This document shows, piece after piece, positions 1 to 12,651 of a stretch of 64,000 nucleotides of DNA. The stretch comes from Eutreptiella sp. 'Long Island Sound 2002'. Its lineage: Eukaryota; Protista; Euglenida. The position numbers and the translations under genes were made by a program. Within the stretch, counting starts at the first letter, position 1, and each line of letters opens with the position of its first letter. A model generated the notes under the pieces. It did not search any database, was not told the DNA's origin, and saw only the letters and a program-made list of their open reading frames with translations. The stretch covers positions 16,864,001-16,928,000 of the forward strand of contig OZ038378.1 in assembly GCA_964036045.1 (NCBI GenBank). The letters are read 5' to 3'.

Positions 1-555
1 CTAGATCTTGTTGTCGTGAAGTGTAGGTGTTGGTCAGGGAGGGAGTGAGGAGGAGGCCATGGGCCTCACACCAACCGGGCTTGGAGCGCAGACCTGGACT
101 CCAGCCACGCCTCTCGTCTCCTGATGGAGCGGTTGTCTGGGCCAAGGGTACCCCCAGGTCCGTCAGATACCCCCCTCAGGTCCCAAAGCGGTGTTCTTAT
201 CCAAGAAGCGAGCGCACTATCCCCCAGCATGGTAGTGCGTGGACAAGTTAATCCATCCTGGTGCTGTCCCTACCACAGTATCGCACAGGTTGGAGCCGCT
301 CGGACAGCTGCGGTCATCGGATAGGTACTCTGACTGTAGCTGGGTTTGGTCGCATGACCACTGGTATCCAAGCATAGTGAATTAACCACCGGGGCAGAGC
401 GATCCCCTCAGGCATGGGGGGGGGATCATCTGGCACAGATCAGTGCCCACACACAACGTGGTCGTTTTCAGAGTTACTGATGAAGCTATCTTCTGCAAAT
501 TATTTCGAGCATGGAATACATAAATAGGCGTTCCAGGGTGGAGCAGGGCGAGGAG

Positions 556-1120
556 CAGGCATCGTTTATAAGAGGGGTGGGGGTATTTTGGACAAGACCC
601 ATCCACCCAACTTTGGACCCACCCAGACCCCCCCCCCCTCTTATAAATCTGTGGGGAGCATTTTTCGTGAACCAAATTGAAGCCAAGGCGCTCTCCCGTG
701 TTGGGCAACCCCAAAGGGTGACACACCAAAAACTTTACAATCCCAGACTTTGAACCAGGGATCACTGGAACTGCAGTCATGTACCTTGACAACTGGGCTA
801 CGAACCAGCTCTGATAGTTTTGCACACCAAAAAAAAGGTCCACAGGTTTCAGATGTTATCAAAAAAAAGGTCCCCCATCTGAAAAACTGCCACCTGCACA
901 CCTGCCACCTGTACAACGACAAAGCAGAAAAGGGCAGCAAACAGCCAGACAAGGCTCCTGTGACCAAAGAAAGAAGGTGTGGCAGGAGCCCAACCCAGGA
1001 AACCCTCGGAATTATAAGAGGGGTGGGGGTTCAGAGCTTTAGACCCCCCCACCCGGCTGAAGACCCACCCACCCAACCCCCCCCCCCCCCTTGCAAAATA
1101 GCTCTTATAAACGATGCCTG
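556..1120. mobile_element. hAT-type MITE (non-autonomous DNA transposon)
   Basis: Perfect 19-bp TIR CAGGCATCGTTTATAAGAG (556-574, reverse complement at 1102-1120) with an 8-bp target-site duplication GCGAGGAG (548-555 and 1121-1128). Internal subterminal TTATAAGAGGGG repeats. Confidence 0.9.
738..807 (-). mobile_element. tRNA(Cys)-derived SINE head or tRNA pseudogene inside the MITE
   Basis: Minus strand reads TAGCCCAGTTGTCAAG (A-box-like), GACTGCAGTTC (GCA anticodon arm) and GGTTCAAAGTC (B-box-like). The acceptor stem does not pair, so it is not an intact tRNA. Confidence 0.55.
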
Positions 1121-1443
1121 GCGAGGAGAAGGCCTCGCCAGGGTCCGCTGCGGGGTCATCTGCATCAAATGTACGCCCCTTGGAGGTCTCCATTGCATCA
1201 CTGATTCGTTTCCAGGGCCTCCGCATTTCCAGCCCTCCGGGCCCCCACACCGCGGGAAGGTCTCTGGCCCAAGGGTCTGCAGGTAGCGGGGCTGCAGCAT
1301 GCTGGACCCAGCCGCACAATATGGCGGATATCCAGCAGGGACAGGGTAATGTAGATGGTTCGAAGATGACACGCATATTGTACGGGGGTCCACACACATC
1401 ACACCATTGCCTGTTCAAGCCTCGCCCACAACCAGCCGGATAC

Positions 1444-1610
1444 CTGCAGGGTGACATAAATGGGCATCGAAGGCCTAACAATGTGCTGCATGAGCGTAGA
1501 GCAGAAGACACTGTGTCTGTCCTTGGGCTTGGCATCCACAGACGTGTGGCTGGGGGCCGCAGAATACAGCGTACAGATGTTGTCAGCCTCCACGAAGAAG
1601 GGGGCCAGGC
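1444..1610 (-). CDS. SAM-caspase gene, exon encoding p10-like half of peptidase C14 domain
   Basis: Translates (G)LAPFFVEADNICTLYSAAPSHTSVDAKPKDRHSVFCSTLMQHIVRPSMPIYVTLQ, matching the caspase-family p10 pattern. Phase-1 acceptor CCCAG and donor GTATCC. The following exon was not located. Confidence 0.75.
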
Positions 1611-1838
1611 CTGGGACAACGACGCGGAACGGAGCAGCGGTAGAGGGTCTCCAGGGACCACCGTGTGTGGGAGGGAGGGGGGGGAGGGTCAGAATCAAAA
1701 ACTCAGGGGACTTTGCACCGCGGATAGATCCCACACAAATCGGTTTACTGTGAGCCAAAACGCCACACACCTGCTCTGCTCACAAGCACAGCAACACCGT
1801 TGTGCATTATTATTTCTCGAAGGCTGCAATGCTGATGT

Positions 1839-1852
1839 ACACACACACACAA

Positions 1853-1912
<60 letters not shown>

Positions 1913-1964
1913 ACAAACACACACAAACACACACAAACACACACACACACGCACACACACGCAC
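1839..1964. repeat. (CA)n microsatellite
   Basis: Direct reading of the sequence. Confidence 0.97.
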
Positions 1965-2709
1965 AAGCAAACACGTGCACAGGCAGGGCAAAGGCTCGTT
2001 CAGTAACTCATCAGGAGACCAAATGGTCAGAAAAATGACCATGTGACGACAAAGTGCCTTTCTCCCAGAGGAAAGACGCAGCGAAGTACAGTGTAGTCCA
2101 CCCCCAGCACAGCGCCATTGGCTGTAGAACCCGTTGGCGCGGCACATGTGAGGGAAACAGGAACCCGTGAGCTTGGCCTACTGCCACCCTGTCCTTGCTC
2201 CATGTGCCCCCTAAACACATTGTGCCTCGTGCTGGTCCCTTTGACAAACATCCGGCAACCCGAATGAGGGCCAGTATGCGGGGCCACTGTCACATTGTCA
2301 AAACTGGAGGGCCACACACACAGCTCCTTTGGACCAGGTTGCACAGGTGCCCCCCTCCCAGCTGGCAGGCCACCGAAGCCATCCGACTGGCCAACCACTG
2401 TACACTTACGTGTGGGCATGTAATGAGACAAACTGTGCACAACCTTAATGCTGGCGCGAGTATCTGAGGGGAGGGCTGTATGTGTACACGCGAATACGCA
2501 AATGCGTTGTACATACTGAAGCCATGGCAATTTTGGGTGTGTACACACCATCAGTGCATCCAGCATGCCCGAATTAACAAAGCCCCGCAAACCCCCGAAA
2601 ATCCGAAAATATGCAATACATGCCATGGAACTCAGAAACCCCAAGCTTGTCATTCAAAGGTTGCCTTAATGCCCTCCACCTCAGGAAACCAAGCTGTTGC
2701 CCAGACTTT

Positions 2710-3140
2710 CTGAATATTGTCACTTGGCGTGTACAACGTGCTGACACTGCGTACAATTGGCAGGCTGCGGCTACTTGTGCCCAACAACTACAGACTGCCG
2801 GACCCTTGTGCACAGGTAAACACTGTTGCTGCCCTGCGTTTTGGGAAGGGGTCCTTCGGCCCCCTTCCTGAATATTGTCTCTTCACGTCTGCAACATGCC
2901 GACAGTTTCTACAATTAGCAGGCCGCATCTCATGTGGTGCAAAGTGTCTGCAAACTCCAGACCACCGGACCCCTGTGCATAGGTAAACACTGTTGTACAC
3001 TGTGTGTTTTGAGAAGGGGGCTGAATATTGTCTCTTCGCGTCTGTAACATGTCAATAGTGTCTACAATTAGCAGGCCGCATCTACTTATGGTGCACAGTG
3101 TGTACTAACTACAGGCCACCGGACCCCTCTGCAAAAGTAA
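2710..3140. repeat. Degenerate tandem repeat, about 155-bp unit x3
   Basis: CTGAATATTGTC...TACAATT.GCAGGC...ACCGGACCC recurs at 2710, 2868 and 3021. Confidence 0.8.
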
Positions 3141-4089
3141 GTGAAGTTGCTGGCCTGTGCTTCAGGAGACACGACGTAGACGTGAAGACACAAAGTCCCT
3201 GCACAGACATGGTGTTTGTATACATCTCCGGGTATACGTGCGTATACACCCATACACATATACGCGAACTCCTTAAATTGACGTGGAGTTAGAAACCGCG
3301 TATATGGAGACATGTATGCACACATAAATATACGCGCAGACGGAGATACGTATACGTATACGCAAAGCATGCATATACGTACATATCTGGACTATTGGGG
3401 GCTCCTTCAATAGGTAGCAAAAGTGTGCTCTAAGAAAGAGACGAGAAGGGAATAGACTCTTTGTAGCTCGAAAGCTCGATCCACGTCAGGATGTGGCAAG
3501 GTTCATGGGACGAGGCTCACGGAACAAGGCTCTGTAGACGGGGTCATTTGCACAAAACTCCGTCTATATTTGCATACACCCAGGCAGGGGCTAAGCTCCC
3601 TATGAATGAATGAACACGTACCGCTGTCGACTGGTCTCACCAACTTCGCAGGAATTTGCAATCAGAATGCTTGAGCACAAGCATTGTGAGTAGACACTGG
3701 CATGCAGCACTCCGTTGCTCCTCAGCGGTGGCACCAAATGTTTGTAGTTTTGTCGGGGTTTACCGTTGTGGTTTTAGCTTTCGCACCCTGTCTTTTGGTA
3801 AACTCAAGGTGCCAGGGTATCCTTTCCGCGGCTCCATTTTTACCGAGCCAGACGCACTGCAGAAACTGGAACATCTCGTACAGCCCCTTTTGGAACCTCC
3901 GTGTCGCTCGCCGACTGTTTAGAAAACATGACATCGCCACACAAAGTGTCATTCCCCATGAGTAGTTGACTGTGACAAACTAAATCCGCCGCCCATCCCA
4001 AGCCACTGGATGCCTGGTGTCAGTTGCCCCTGTTCTGTGCTGATGGGTTGGGGACAGCGATTCTAGGGCCCTCCATATCTGCGTGGCGA

Positions 4090-4830
4090 GGGCTGTCCTC
4101 CTCCTCCTCTCCTTGGAATATAGCTCCCCAATGGCACATTTGCATTGCTGTTATGTCCCATCAATTGAGGAAAAACAACGGCTCCTCGGAAGCACCACCT
4201 CGACACAATAGTTCCCGTCCTAAATTCGCAGGTGAAAACACAGCCTGAAATGGCCCTAGCATGGTTTCCAGACATGGAATGTGCATTTATGTTCCATTCA
4301 TTGTGGAAAAACAATAGTGACATTTGGAACCACAATCTTGGCACAACAGCTTCCGTCCTGAATTCTTAGGACAAATTGCCAAAGTCAGGCTGAAAATGGC
4401 CACTTTGACCACATTTTGGCCATTGAGAGCCGCCAGCGGCTTTCTTCTGAGTGCCAATATGGGAAAAATTGCCATTTGATACGCCTAAAAACATGCAAAA
4501 ATAATGGTGTAATTTTGAAACAGTATGTTGAAGAGCGCTTGCTTGTTGCTTGCCTGCTTGCACTTGAATTATTAACCTTTCAGGAGGACTTTAACGAGGC
4601 ACGGACGCCATATGAAGTCCTCCTGTCCTCCCTCCTTCTCCTCTCCTTGGAATATAGCTGCTCAATGGCGCATTTGCATTCCATGCATGTCATTCATTGT
4701 GGAAAATCAATGGCTCTGTTCGGTAACAGCATCATGCACAACTGCCCTCATACAACCTTCAATGAGGGCGAGTCTGCACAGCGCGCGCACACAGTGCGCA
4801 TTTTCAGGGGAAATCAGAGCACTTTAAGAA
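4090..4830. repeat. Locally duplicated degenerate repeat
   Basis: CTCTCCTTGGAATATAGCT...CATTTGCATT occurs near 4105 and 4640; TTCATTGTGGAAAA occurs near 4297 and 4693. Confidence 0.65.
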
Positions 4831-5256
4831 AATCCAGAGATTTCGTGCTGATTTTGGTGCATCTATGAACTAGTGCCCGCCTACATGGTGAAGAACCATA
4901 TGTTGGACCCACCGCTCTCTGCCTCACTGGTGGGTGTGCCCTTTGTAATGAGTTGGGTTGAACAATGGACGCCAGCTATTTCGGCCACCCATTCTGTCGC
5001 CTTTGGGCCCAATCCTCTGTTTCGGTCCCACATCTCGGCCGTCTAGTTCCGCAGTCCGTTCCGGTCGCCGATTTGGGCCGCCTAGTGGACCTGTCACTTT
5101 CAGCTGCCTGTTTTGATCGCCTCCTTCGGTTGCGTTTTTCGGTCGTGGATGTGTGTCATTTGTGTATCTGGGCCTGAAACAGAGGGAATGCGAACACACA
5201 CACATACACACACAGAGAGAAAGAGAGAGAATCACTTCGACAGACGCACGAGATAC

Positions 5257-5535
5257 CTGGCGTAGTGACAACAGCCCCCTTTTGCTGCCCTGTGGGAGCA
5301 GGGGGACGGGATGCGGCCGCGTCACTGGATGGAGAAGGTGACTCGACGCTTCTCACGTGAGTCGTAGGATTAGAAGGCAAGGCGTCAGTGATATGGTACA
5401 GTGGCAAGTGGCGACGGTCCTCCTGCGGGGTAATCTCCAAGAGCTTATTCTCATGGCATGCGTCCAGCAAAAGCACGGTGAAGCAGGGCTGGCCCTGCAG
5501 CAGCTGCAGCACTATGTCTTTGACATTGATAAGGT
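5257..5535 (-). CDS. SAM-caspase gene, exon with catalytic Cys (LLLDACHEN) and long linker
   Basis: (D)LINVKDIVLQLLQGQPCFTVLLLDACHENK...GAVVTTP. Phase-1 acceptor CTCTGTAG and phase-1 donor GTATCT fit both neighbouring exons. Confidence 0.85.
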
Positions 5536-7193
5536 CTACAGAGGTGTAGGATGGAGGAGAGATGTACGCGGCATGCACGAGGGAGGGGAGGAGGAAGAGG
5601 TGCCGTATGGCATGAACGTATGGTGACGGTTCATCAGGACTCACGCCTCTGTGCTCCACCTCACAGATATTGTACTCGAACCCAGCTACGCGTCCATTAG
5701 CCCTGAGGCACAGCGACTCGGCAAATCACTGCCTGAGGCGCAGCGTGACAACACACTCACTGCTGGGCCACGGTGGGAGCGGTCAATATGCTGCCCAACG
5801 CACAGCGTGACTGGACAAAGCAGTGCCGAATGCACAGTGTTGCAGGGCAAAGCAGTGCCTGGAATACGGCGCGAAATGAGATTGCAGTGGCTGAGGCATG
5901 GTGGTAAAAGGGCAAATCAAAGGGCCTGAGGCAACAGTGCGATTGGGCATCACGGCACAACAGTGTCTGACTGAGGCTGCACTGTATGCACAGAAAACGC
6001 GCTGTAAGCCCGAAAACGGCCGTAGAAGAGGTGTGTTTGGTGTCGACGCGCACACAACAGCTGTCCAGCAGGAGTGGACCATTGTAGTTCATGGTGGAAA
6101 GTCTACGATACCGCCAGCCTAAGTTTTGGGCCCATGTCCCTACCTACCTCGAGCACACGTGAAAACGGCGTGGTTGAAACAATGAAAAGGTGTAGAGGAG
6201 GTAGTAGGCCAAAAAGCCTTTCGAGGAAAAAGCGTGGGTTTCATGTGACGTTAACCCAATTTCTGTTCACCATCTGGTTTGCAATGTTGTGGGTGGTATC
6301 GTTTGATGTAGAACTGACGGGGCAGTCTTTTTGTTTTCAAAACCTTCCTAATTTGTACAAAATCGACACAGGAGAGATGCATCTACCAGGAACACACGGC
6401 TAATCGTTTTTTTCGACGGCGCGAGGACAAAACACTGCCTGTGTCACTGTGAGAAGAAGATGAGGGATGGGAGAAGAGTCGTGATGATAATCATCATGGA
6501 GGCAGCTATCATGGCTGCAACAATGCACACCCGGGCAATATTTGGGGGGCCAACAGCATGAGTGGTGTGAAATAGAAATGTGACAGTTAGGATGTGGTCA
6601 GGAAATACAACACGTGGACCAAGTTGGTAGATGGACTGATATCTGACATCGCAGTCCCCACAATTGGTGATCTCACTTCTCTTGTCCAGAGTTGTCGCGA
6701 ATATGTAAAACGAGGTCCCTTCAGCAGTTTCAATTATATCGTTGTTCTTGTGCTCATCTATGTACTTACATGTATGAACTTACATGAATTCATGAACTTA
6801 TGTACTTACATGAATAAGATTGCTCCACGTCACAATGTAAATTAAATGGTCAGACGCACAGAATTGTTCGTTTGGCGACAGCCCTTCGAGTCCTCCAGTC
6901 CTTGGGGCCAAACGAGTACACCGACACCAAAACACAGACACAAAAGATCTCTGACGAAAAATGCTGCTAAGATCAGCCAGAGTGTCCAAGGGGCCTCCAA
7001 CACGCAATAACCGTCAGCAATCCTCTATCAATCCTCTATCACTCTCTACAATTCTCTCACCCTCCCCAATCCTTTAGGAGCATCCCAAAACCCTTGAGAA
7101 TCATCTACAGCCCGCCACAGCCTCTCGTTCTCCACAGCCCTGCAACAGCAATGCGATCTCGAGGGCAACACAGCCAGCAGGCCAAGGCTCACC

Positions 7194-7349
7194 TGGAGAT
7201 GACGGTGCAGGCAGCGGATTGGGACAGTCGACTGGCAGCAGATAGTTGTCTCCCTGGACCTGCGCTGCGTGCCCACTGTAATACACCAGTGCGGAGCAGC
7301 CTCCACAGCTCACGCCTTGTTTGGCGAGATTCTGCAAAGCGCCTTTGAT
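7194..7349 (-). CDS. SAM-caspase gene, exon with catalytic His (YYSGHA)
   Basis: IKGALQNLAKQGVSCGGCSALVYYSGHAAQVQGDNYLLPVDCP, a classic C14 motif. Acceptor CCTTAG (phase 0), donor GTGAGC (phase 1). Confidence 0.9.
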
Positions 7350-7848
7350 CTAAGGCCGGGTGGGGCAGGGAGGCAGGGCGGGCACAGGGAGGGAAGAAGG
7401 GAAAGAGGAGGAGCTGCCACCGTTCGTCCGCCAAATCACCTACCCCAAGCTTCTGTGCAGCAGAATCCCCCCACCCCCGTGTTCTTCGCTGTGCGTTTCT
7501 TCTCTCGGTGATGAACAGTCACCCATTTGTCTTAACGTATTGACAAAGCCACCCCAAGCCTCTTGGTATCACTCGCCACATTCGCAATCCCCCCCTGCCC
7601 CGCGACGCTCCCTCCCCTGCCGGCGCCAGCAGGCGTCACAGGCATCCCAATCCAGGCCTCCTTCCGCCACTGAAAGGCTCTTTTTGTCAGCACTACAGAA
7701 CCGACACGAAAGGGCCCACAACGTTGTGGTTGATAAAAAGTATTGCCGACAATGATCTCTTCTCACAAAAATGTTACTTTGGGGGGGGCCTTTGCGCCCC
7801 CGGCACTTTCGCACCAGCCCAGAGGGACGGGGAGCTGAGCCGCGACTA

Positions 7849-7850
<2 letters not shown>

Positions 7851-7889
<39 letters not shown>
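7851..7889. repeat. (CT)n microsatellite
   Basis: Direct reading of the sequence. Confidence 0.95.
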
Positions 7890-7890
<1 letters not shown>

Positions 7891-8332
7891 CGATCGGGGG
7901 CACAATACCAACTACTTGCCAGAAGGAGGGTGCTGCAGGCCCCCAATCAGGACCCCCGATTAGCGTGGGTAAACGATATTGCCCGGCCTTTGTCGGATGC
8001 CCCGCCCCCCCCCCCAAAATATTGGCATTGTGCGGATACAACATGTGCACAGTGTCTACAAAGGGTAGATAGATAGTGTCTACATGTGTGTACAAACACA
8101 CACTATACACGGGTAAACGATGCTGCTCGCCCTTTGTTGGGAGGCCCAACAAAGGCTTGTTGGGAGGAGAGATTGTTGGCTGTTGTTGGGGGGCTACAAT
8201 GGCACAGGGTCGTTGGGGAGGGGTCGTTGTAGTGGGCAGGTCAGTCTGAGTGTCTGCGGGCTGCCTCTTGCGAAACCTTTCCCACGTCCCGGCCCCTGAG
8301 CTGATCCCTGGGGCTGCCGCCCCGTGGCACAC

Positions 8333-8493
8333 CTGGTCAGCGGTGGCATCCAGAAGCGTCATCGTGTGGAAATGCAGCCGGTCCTTCAGGACATTCCGCA
8401 TGGCAACTGCATCTGCCTTGGCCTTTGGCACGGGGCTGTAGTGCTCATAGTGGCTATTGCCAATCACGAGGGCCAGGCGGCTCTCATGGCTGC
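8333..8493 (-). CDS. SAM-caspase gene, exon starting the caspase p20 domain
   Basis: (G)SHESRLALVIGNSHYEHYSPVPKAKADAVAMRNVLKDRLHFHTMTLLDATADQ. Acceptor TTTGCAG (phase 1), donor GTGTGC (phase 0). Confidence 0.9.
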
Positions 8494-10216
8494 CTGCAAA
8501 GCCCAGGGGATGCACGCAGCAGCGCGGGAGCCCCGAAGGGAATGTGGATGCGCGTAATCGATCATCAAGCTGGCCTCCGACCGCTTTGCAACCGACATCC
8601 CACCGCTTTTTCCACCACGAGCCCCAACCCCAGACTGGTTTGATAGAAACTTACAGTACAAAACAACCGGCGCAGAAAGACCGCCATTCTATCATAGAAT
8701 ACCTTCAGACAACTGCCGACAGCAGTAAAAAAAAAACTGGTCATCGGTGGACCACCAACTGCCGGCAGCCACCCATCAGCGGTCGCGGTCTAACCGCCAG
8801 CAGTTGGCAGGGCTTCGCTCTTTGCCTCCGAAGAGGCTTTACGCCACAAACAATATGCTGCTTCGTGAAATATACACGGGACACACCAAAAACGCAGAAA
8901 CAACACGCCAATGTGGAAGAGAAAAAAGGTGATGGACTGCACCTTTGCGGCGTACGGCTTTCAAAGCGAACAGAAAGCGGCTGTAGAACGGCTGGCGGCT
9001 GTTCCGGCCGTTCCATCCCAAAAAAAAAACACCACAGCCGTAAGCCTTAAGAAACGCTCTGCCGATGATCCCCTTGGAAAATATTTTGATGCCCTTAGTC
9101 CACAACATCAATAGCAGCCAAAGCGGCCGAACACACAAACGTCCAGAGACCGTGCATGCCAGAAACAATATCCCTTTCAAGCACCCATTGCTAGGCAAAA
9201 AAGGCTGCCTTTTTCGTCGGGCCCCAAACCAGCAATACTGCACACTTTCTCCGCCCCCCCCCCCCCCATCAAGAAAAACAAACCAGCCACCGCCGCTGCA
9301 GAGCCCAACGCAGATCAATTTGAAAATGTCATCAGGACTATAAATGGGAGCGGAAGGTTTACTTATCACAGAGCATCACATTTCTTCTGTTTTTGCTTTG
9401 GTCATCAGAGGAGACCACAAACTTGTGCCCAGCAGAATGGAGCAAGTGTGGTAGAGCGAATCGGGAGGATTTAGCAACGGGCACAGTGTGTGTTGGGGCA
9501 CAAAGGAATGCTCAATGTCGTGCCTTCTAAAGAGGGGCTGGTTGGGTGATGTGCTGAGTTCGGTTGCCCGTGCTGGGGGTGCAGCACCGTGCCCGTAATA
9601 CTGATAGTACAAAGCACATTGCAACGTGTCATGCCACGAGAAGGACGAACAAATGACACCACCTGCACAACCCATCAGCACAGTACCTGTACGGCCCTCC
9701 CCGCATTCGCATTTACGCCCCCCGTCCACAACACCCCCCCCCGAAAAAAAGCCCGGCGATTTCGATCGACACATAGGCCTCCCCCCATCCCAAGCGATTT
9801 GCCCCTGCGCGGTAAAGCGCCCCCCCCTTCGCGATTTGCCCCCCCCCTGTGTGACATTCCGTCTGGTTGTTGCTCCTTTACGGGGCCCTAGACAGTCACC
9901 CGTTCTTCCCTTCGCATGTTGCGTCGGGTTGCTGCTTTCTGTCGGCCGCTGCGGCCGGTGCTCTTGCTGCCCCCCCCCCCCCCCCGCCCATCAGTGCTAT
10001 ATCCCACATGCACCGCCCGTGGTAGATATTGCCTAAATACATCAGGGTGCGGCAAACTAAAGGCATTTGGTCGGCGCAGAATGCCCAACGGGGTGCACAT
10101 AGCCCGCCAAGCGGTGCACCGACGCCCGGTGGCAGTTTTGCGCGGACAAAATGCCTGTAGTTTGCCGCACCCCGGAACATTGAAGGCCTATCATGATACC
10201 CGAGGCTGACAGGGAC

Positions 10217-10532
10217 CTGGGAGCGCGTCGCGCAGGGCGAGGTCTGTCTGCAGGCGCGACACTGCACACGCCAGAGTCCGCCTGTCCGACGGTTTGGACA
10301 CGAGCATCTTCAGCTCCTGATCCGTCACTGAGCGCAGATGCCGCAGGGATTGGATTCCATGCTCCACGAATTTGGCCTCGTACTGCGGCAGCTTGAGCTG
10401 CTTGAACCACTGCGTGAACGCAGGGCGGCCCTCGTCAACCTCCTGGAACGAGGGCGAGCGCTGATTGAGCGGCGTCCCCGACGTATCCCCGGTGTCAGTC
10501 TTCTCTGCCTCGTGCTCCGCCTGGAGGGTGGC
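10217..10532 (-). CDS. SAM-caspase gene, exon encoding a SAM (sterile alpha motif) domain
   Basis: FTQWFKQLKLPQYEAKFVEHGIQSLRHLRSVTDQELKMLVSKPSDRRTL fits the SAM consensus (W...L.L..Y...F...I.....L..LT..DL..L). Its phase-1 donor joins the p20 exon in frame. Confidence 0.8.
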
Positions 10533-11129
10533 CTGAGGATGTGACACGCGGCGGTGCGGGGGATCAAGCGGTGTCCAACCCGATCCAACGCGCACTGCCA
10601 CAGTCACCGCTGCTGCATAGTGCAGCTTTGCATTGCTCGGCGCGAGGGAAGTTGCTCATTGTTGCCCCTCGCCCTGCCAAAGCACACACATGCAACGAAG
10701 TGCCCTCCCAAAGAGGTGGATGTGCACGTTATAAGTTGGAGCAGGAGAAGCTTCCGCCCCTAGGGTGTGTGCTTGGTCCCAGTGCTTGTGGCTGCCCCTC
10801 CGGCACGCAAACAATTTGCCTTGAATCGGGGCGGCGCGGGGGGGGGCATGAAGGTTGAGTCAGTATGCCGGTTGGTAGTTCCGAATGTTCCAATTTGTTC
10901 ACCTTTTGAGGAGGGAATCCTCCACGCGTGGATAGGCGGGTTGGTTGTCCACCCATTGGGTTGGGGGTGGAGGGGGGGGAGGGGGTTCGCAACCATGTCC
11001 CCATTTTGATGCTGAAGCTACCCTGGTTCTTCTGCACTACTATGGGATGGCAAATGTGTTGGGAGGTGTACAGGGCTACCAGTGACCAAGAAACGACAAC
11101 CACACACACCGCATAAATGCACACCATAC

Positions 11130-11353
11130 CAGCCATGAGGGACATGCATCGGTGCCACATCCATCCGCGTGCTGAATTGGCGCCTTGGAAGAGGACTTCG
11201 AGCTTGGCTCATCTTGTGCCTTGAGAATCCCATGCTTTGTCACACTAGCGCTGCGTCCGGGGGCCGACCGGCGTCGAGGTTGAGTGCGGATTGTGCTTTG
11301 TAGCTTTGAGCGGTCACTGCCACTACTAGGTGGTCGCATAGAGGGCGTCGACC
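11130..11353 (-). CDS. Putative upstream low-complexity exon of SAM-caspase gene
   Basis: Open frame (G)STPSMRPPSSGSDRSK...CPSWL with a phase-1 acceptor and phase-0 donor GTATGG, compatible with the flanking exons. No domain recognised. Confidence 0.45.
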
Positions 11354-12385
11354 CTGCGCTTTGGTGCCGATCTGTGTCGAGAGAGCAATGGGCTTTGTAG
11401 TGCCTAACAACACATCGCTAGCATACAAATAGGATCCATCACATGAAACAAAAACCGAATATGTCCACACTACATGATACCACCACTAACATTAAAGCCC
11501 ATCATGAGGAATGAAGCACGATACTTCTCGGCAACTTGAGTGGATTAGCATCACTAGGACACAAAATTGTTTGAACAGAAGTCATCAACAACGCCAAAAA
11601 TGTAATTTAGACACAAATGATAGCGATCTTGATCGCACATACTCTTCAACCCCCACGCATGACATAAACATAGCACAATACACTTGAAATGTGTTGAATC
11701 GACAAGCAAAAGCAACGTCATACCGCCTTTGGCCTTGATAGGCTTCATGGGGGCCGGCATATGCTCCCCTCGTCCAATGGCTATTGCCCTTTGGATGCAT
11801 TGGTTTGGCTGTGCAGGTTTCACGCCATGCATGTACAAGCCTTGTGACATTGTAGGCGCTGGAGTCATAGCTTCGTTTGAGACCGGCGACACATCTGTCA
11901 TGATATGAGGTTAGAAGGTGGCAAATGCAAAAGGTGGAGTTCGAATAGAGAAGAACCGGTTATCAACATTCACAACCCTTCGGCCAGAGTGTCATACGCA
12001 CGAACAGGCGGTGAAAAGATCGTAGATGGTGGCGGTGAACACTGCACCCACGAGGAGCTCATCGCACCGGAGACCGCGCGTGAGGGCGTCCAGGTTCTCC
12101 AAGGCGCACCCACGAGCACCAATCAATAGCCACGAATAAAATTGTGCGAATGGAGGGGCCAAGTAGATGAGAACGAAGGCATAGAGAGCGGAGTACATGT
12201 GCGGGCGTGAGGGAACGGTAAATACGAATGGAGTGCCCCAATGAAGGCAAATGGAGAGGACGGAAGGAATAGGAGGCCGTGGAGGGGCTCGAGGGAAGTC
12301 ACCATGTTCGACAAGAGAAATGCATGTATCTCAATAATATAGTATCATAGTATCTCAATATGGCATAGTGCCCGACCAAAAGTAC

Positions 12386-12651
12386 CTGAAAGTAGCAGGG
12401 GTTCATCAAGATTTGTCACTTCTTCCGAGGGTTGAGTCTCCGGCTTGGGGGGCTTCAACGACCCCAACAATCTTTCCACCTCCTTGTTGAAGTTCTTATG
12501 ACGCTCCATATCCGAACTTCTAGCCTCATCCATCGGGCCACGGGTTTCACATAATAGAAAGGCACCCACTCTGAGAGAAGCGTACTCCAGTGGTGTCTTG
12601 TGCTCCGTGCTCGTCCACGCTTCCTCCCCCGGCACGTTCGATTCATCCTGT
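12386..12651 (-). CDS. Putative further upstream exon of SAM-caspase gene
   Basis: Open frame QDESNVPGEEAW...DEPLLLS with acceptor CCCAG(ACAG) and phase-1 donor GTACTT. No domain recognised. Confidence 0.4.

Noticed and set aside
1198-1443. Apparent in-frame TGA (1399-1401) readthrough or selenocysteine continuing the caspase frame
   Set aside because: A good GT donor lies at 1443, and the downstream sequence resembles a LINE remnant (P...GGLEM) interrupted by a MITE, so it is most likely intronic.
1114-2147. Long ORFs with HT/VC repeats (also 23969-24297)
   Set aside because: Artefacts of (CA)n/(GT)n microsatellites and the antisense shadow of a real exon.
3380-3600. Possible snRNA, 5S or spliced-leader RNA gene
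   Set aside because: No SL exon, Sm site or 5S signature could be recognised by eye.
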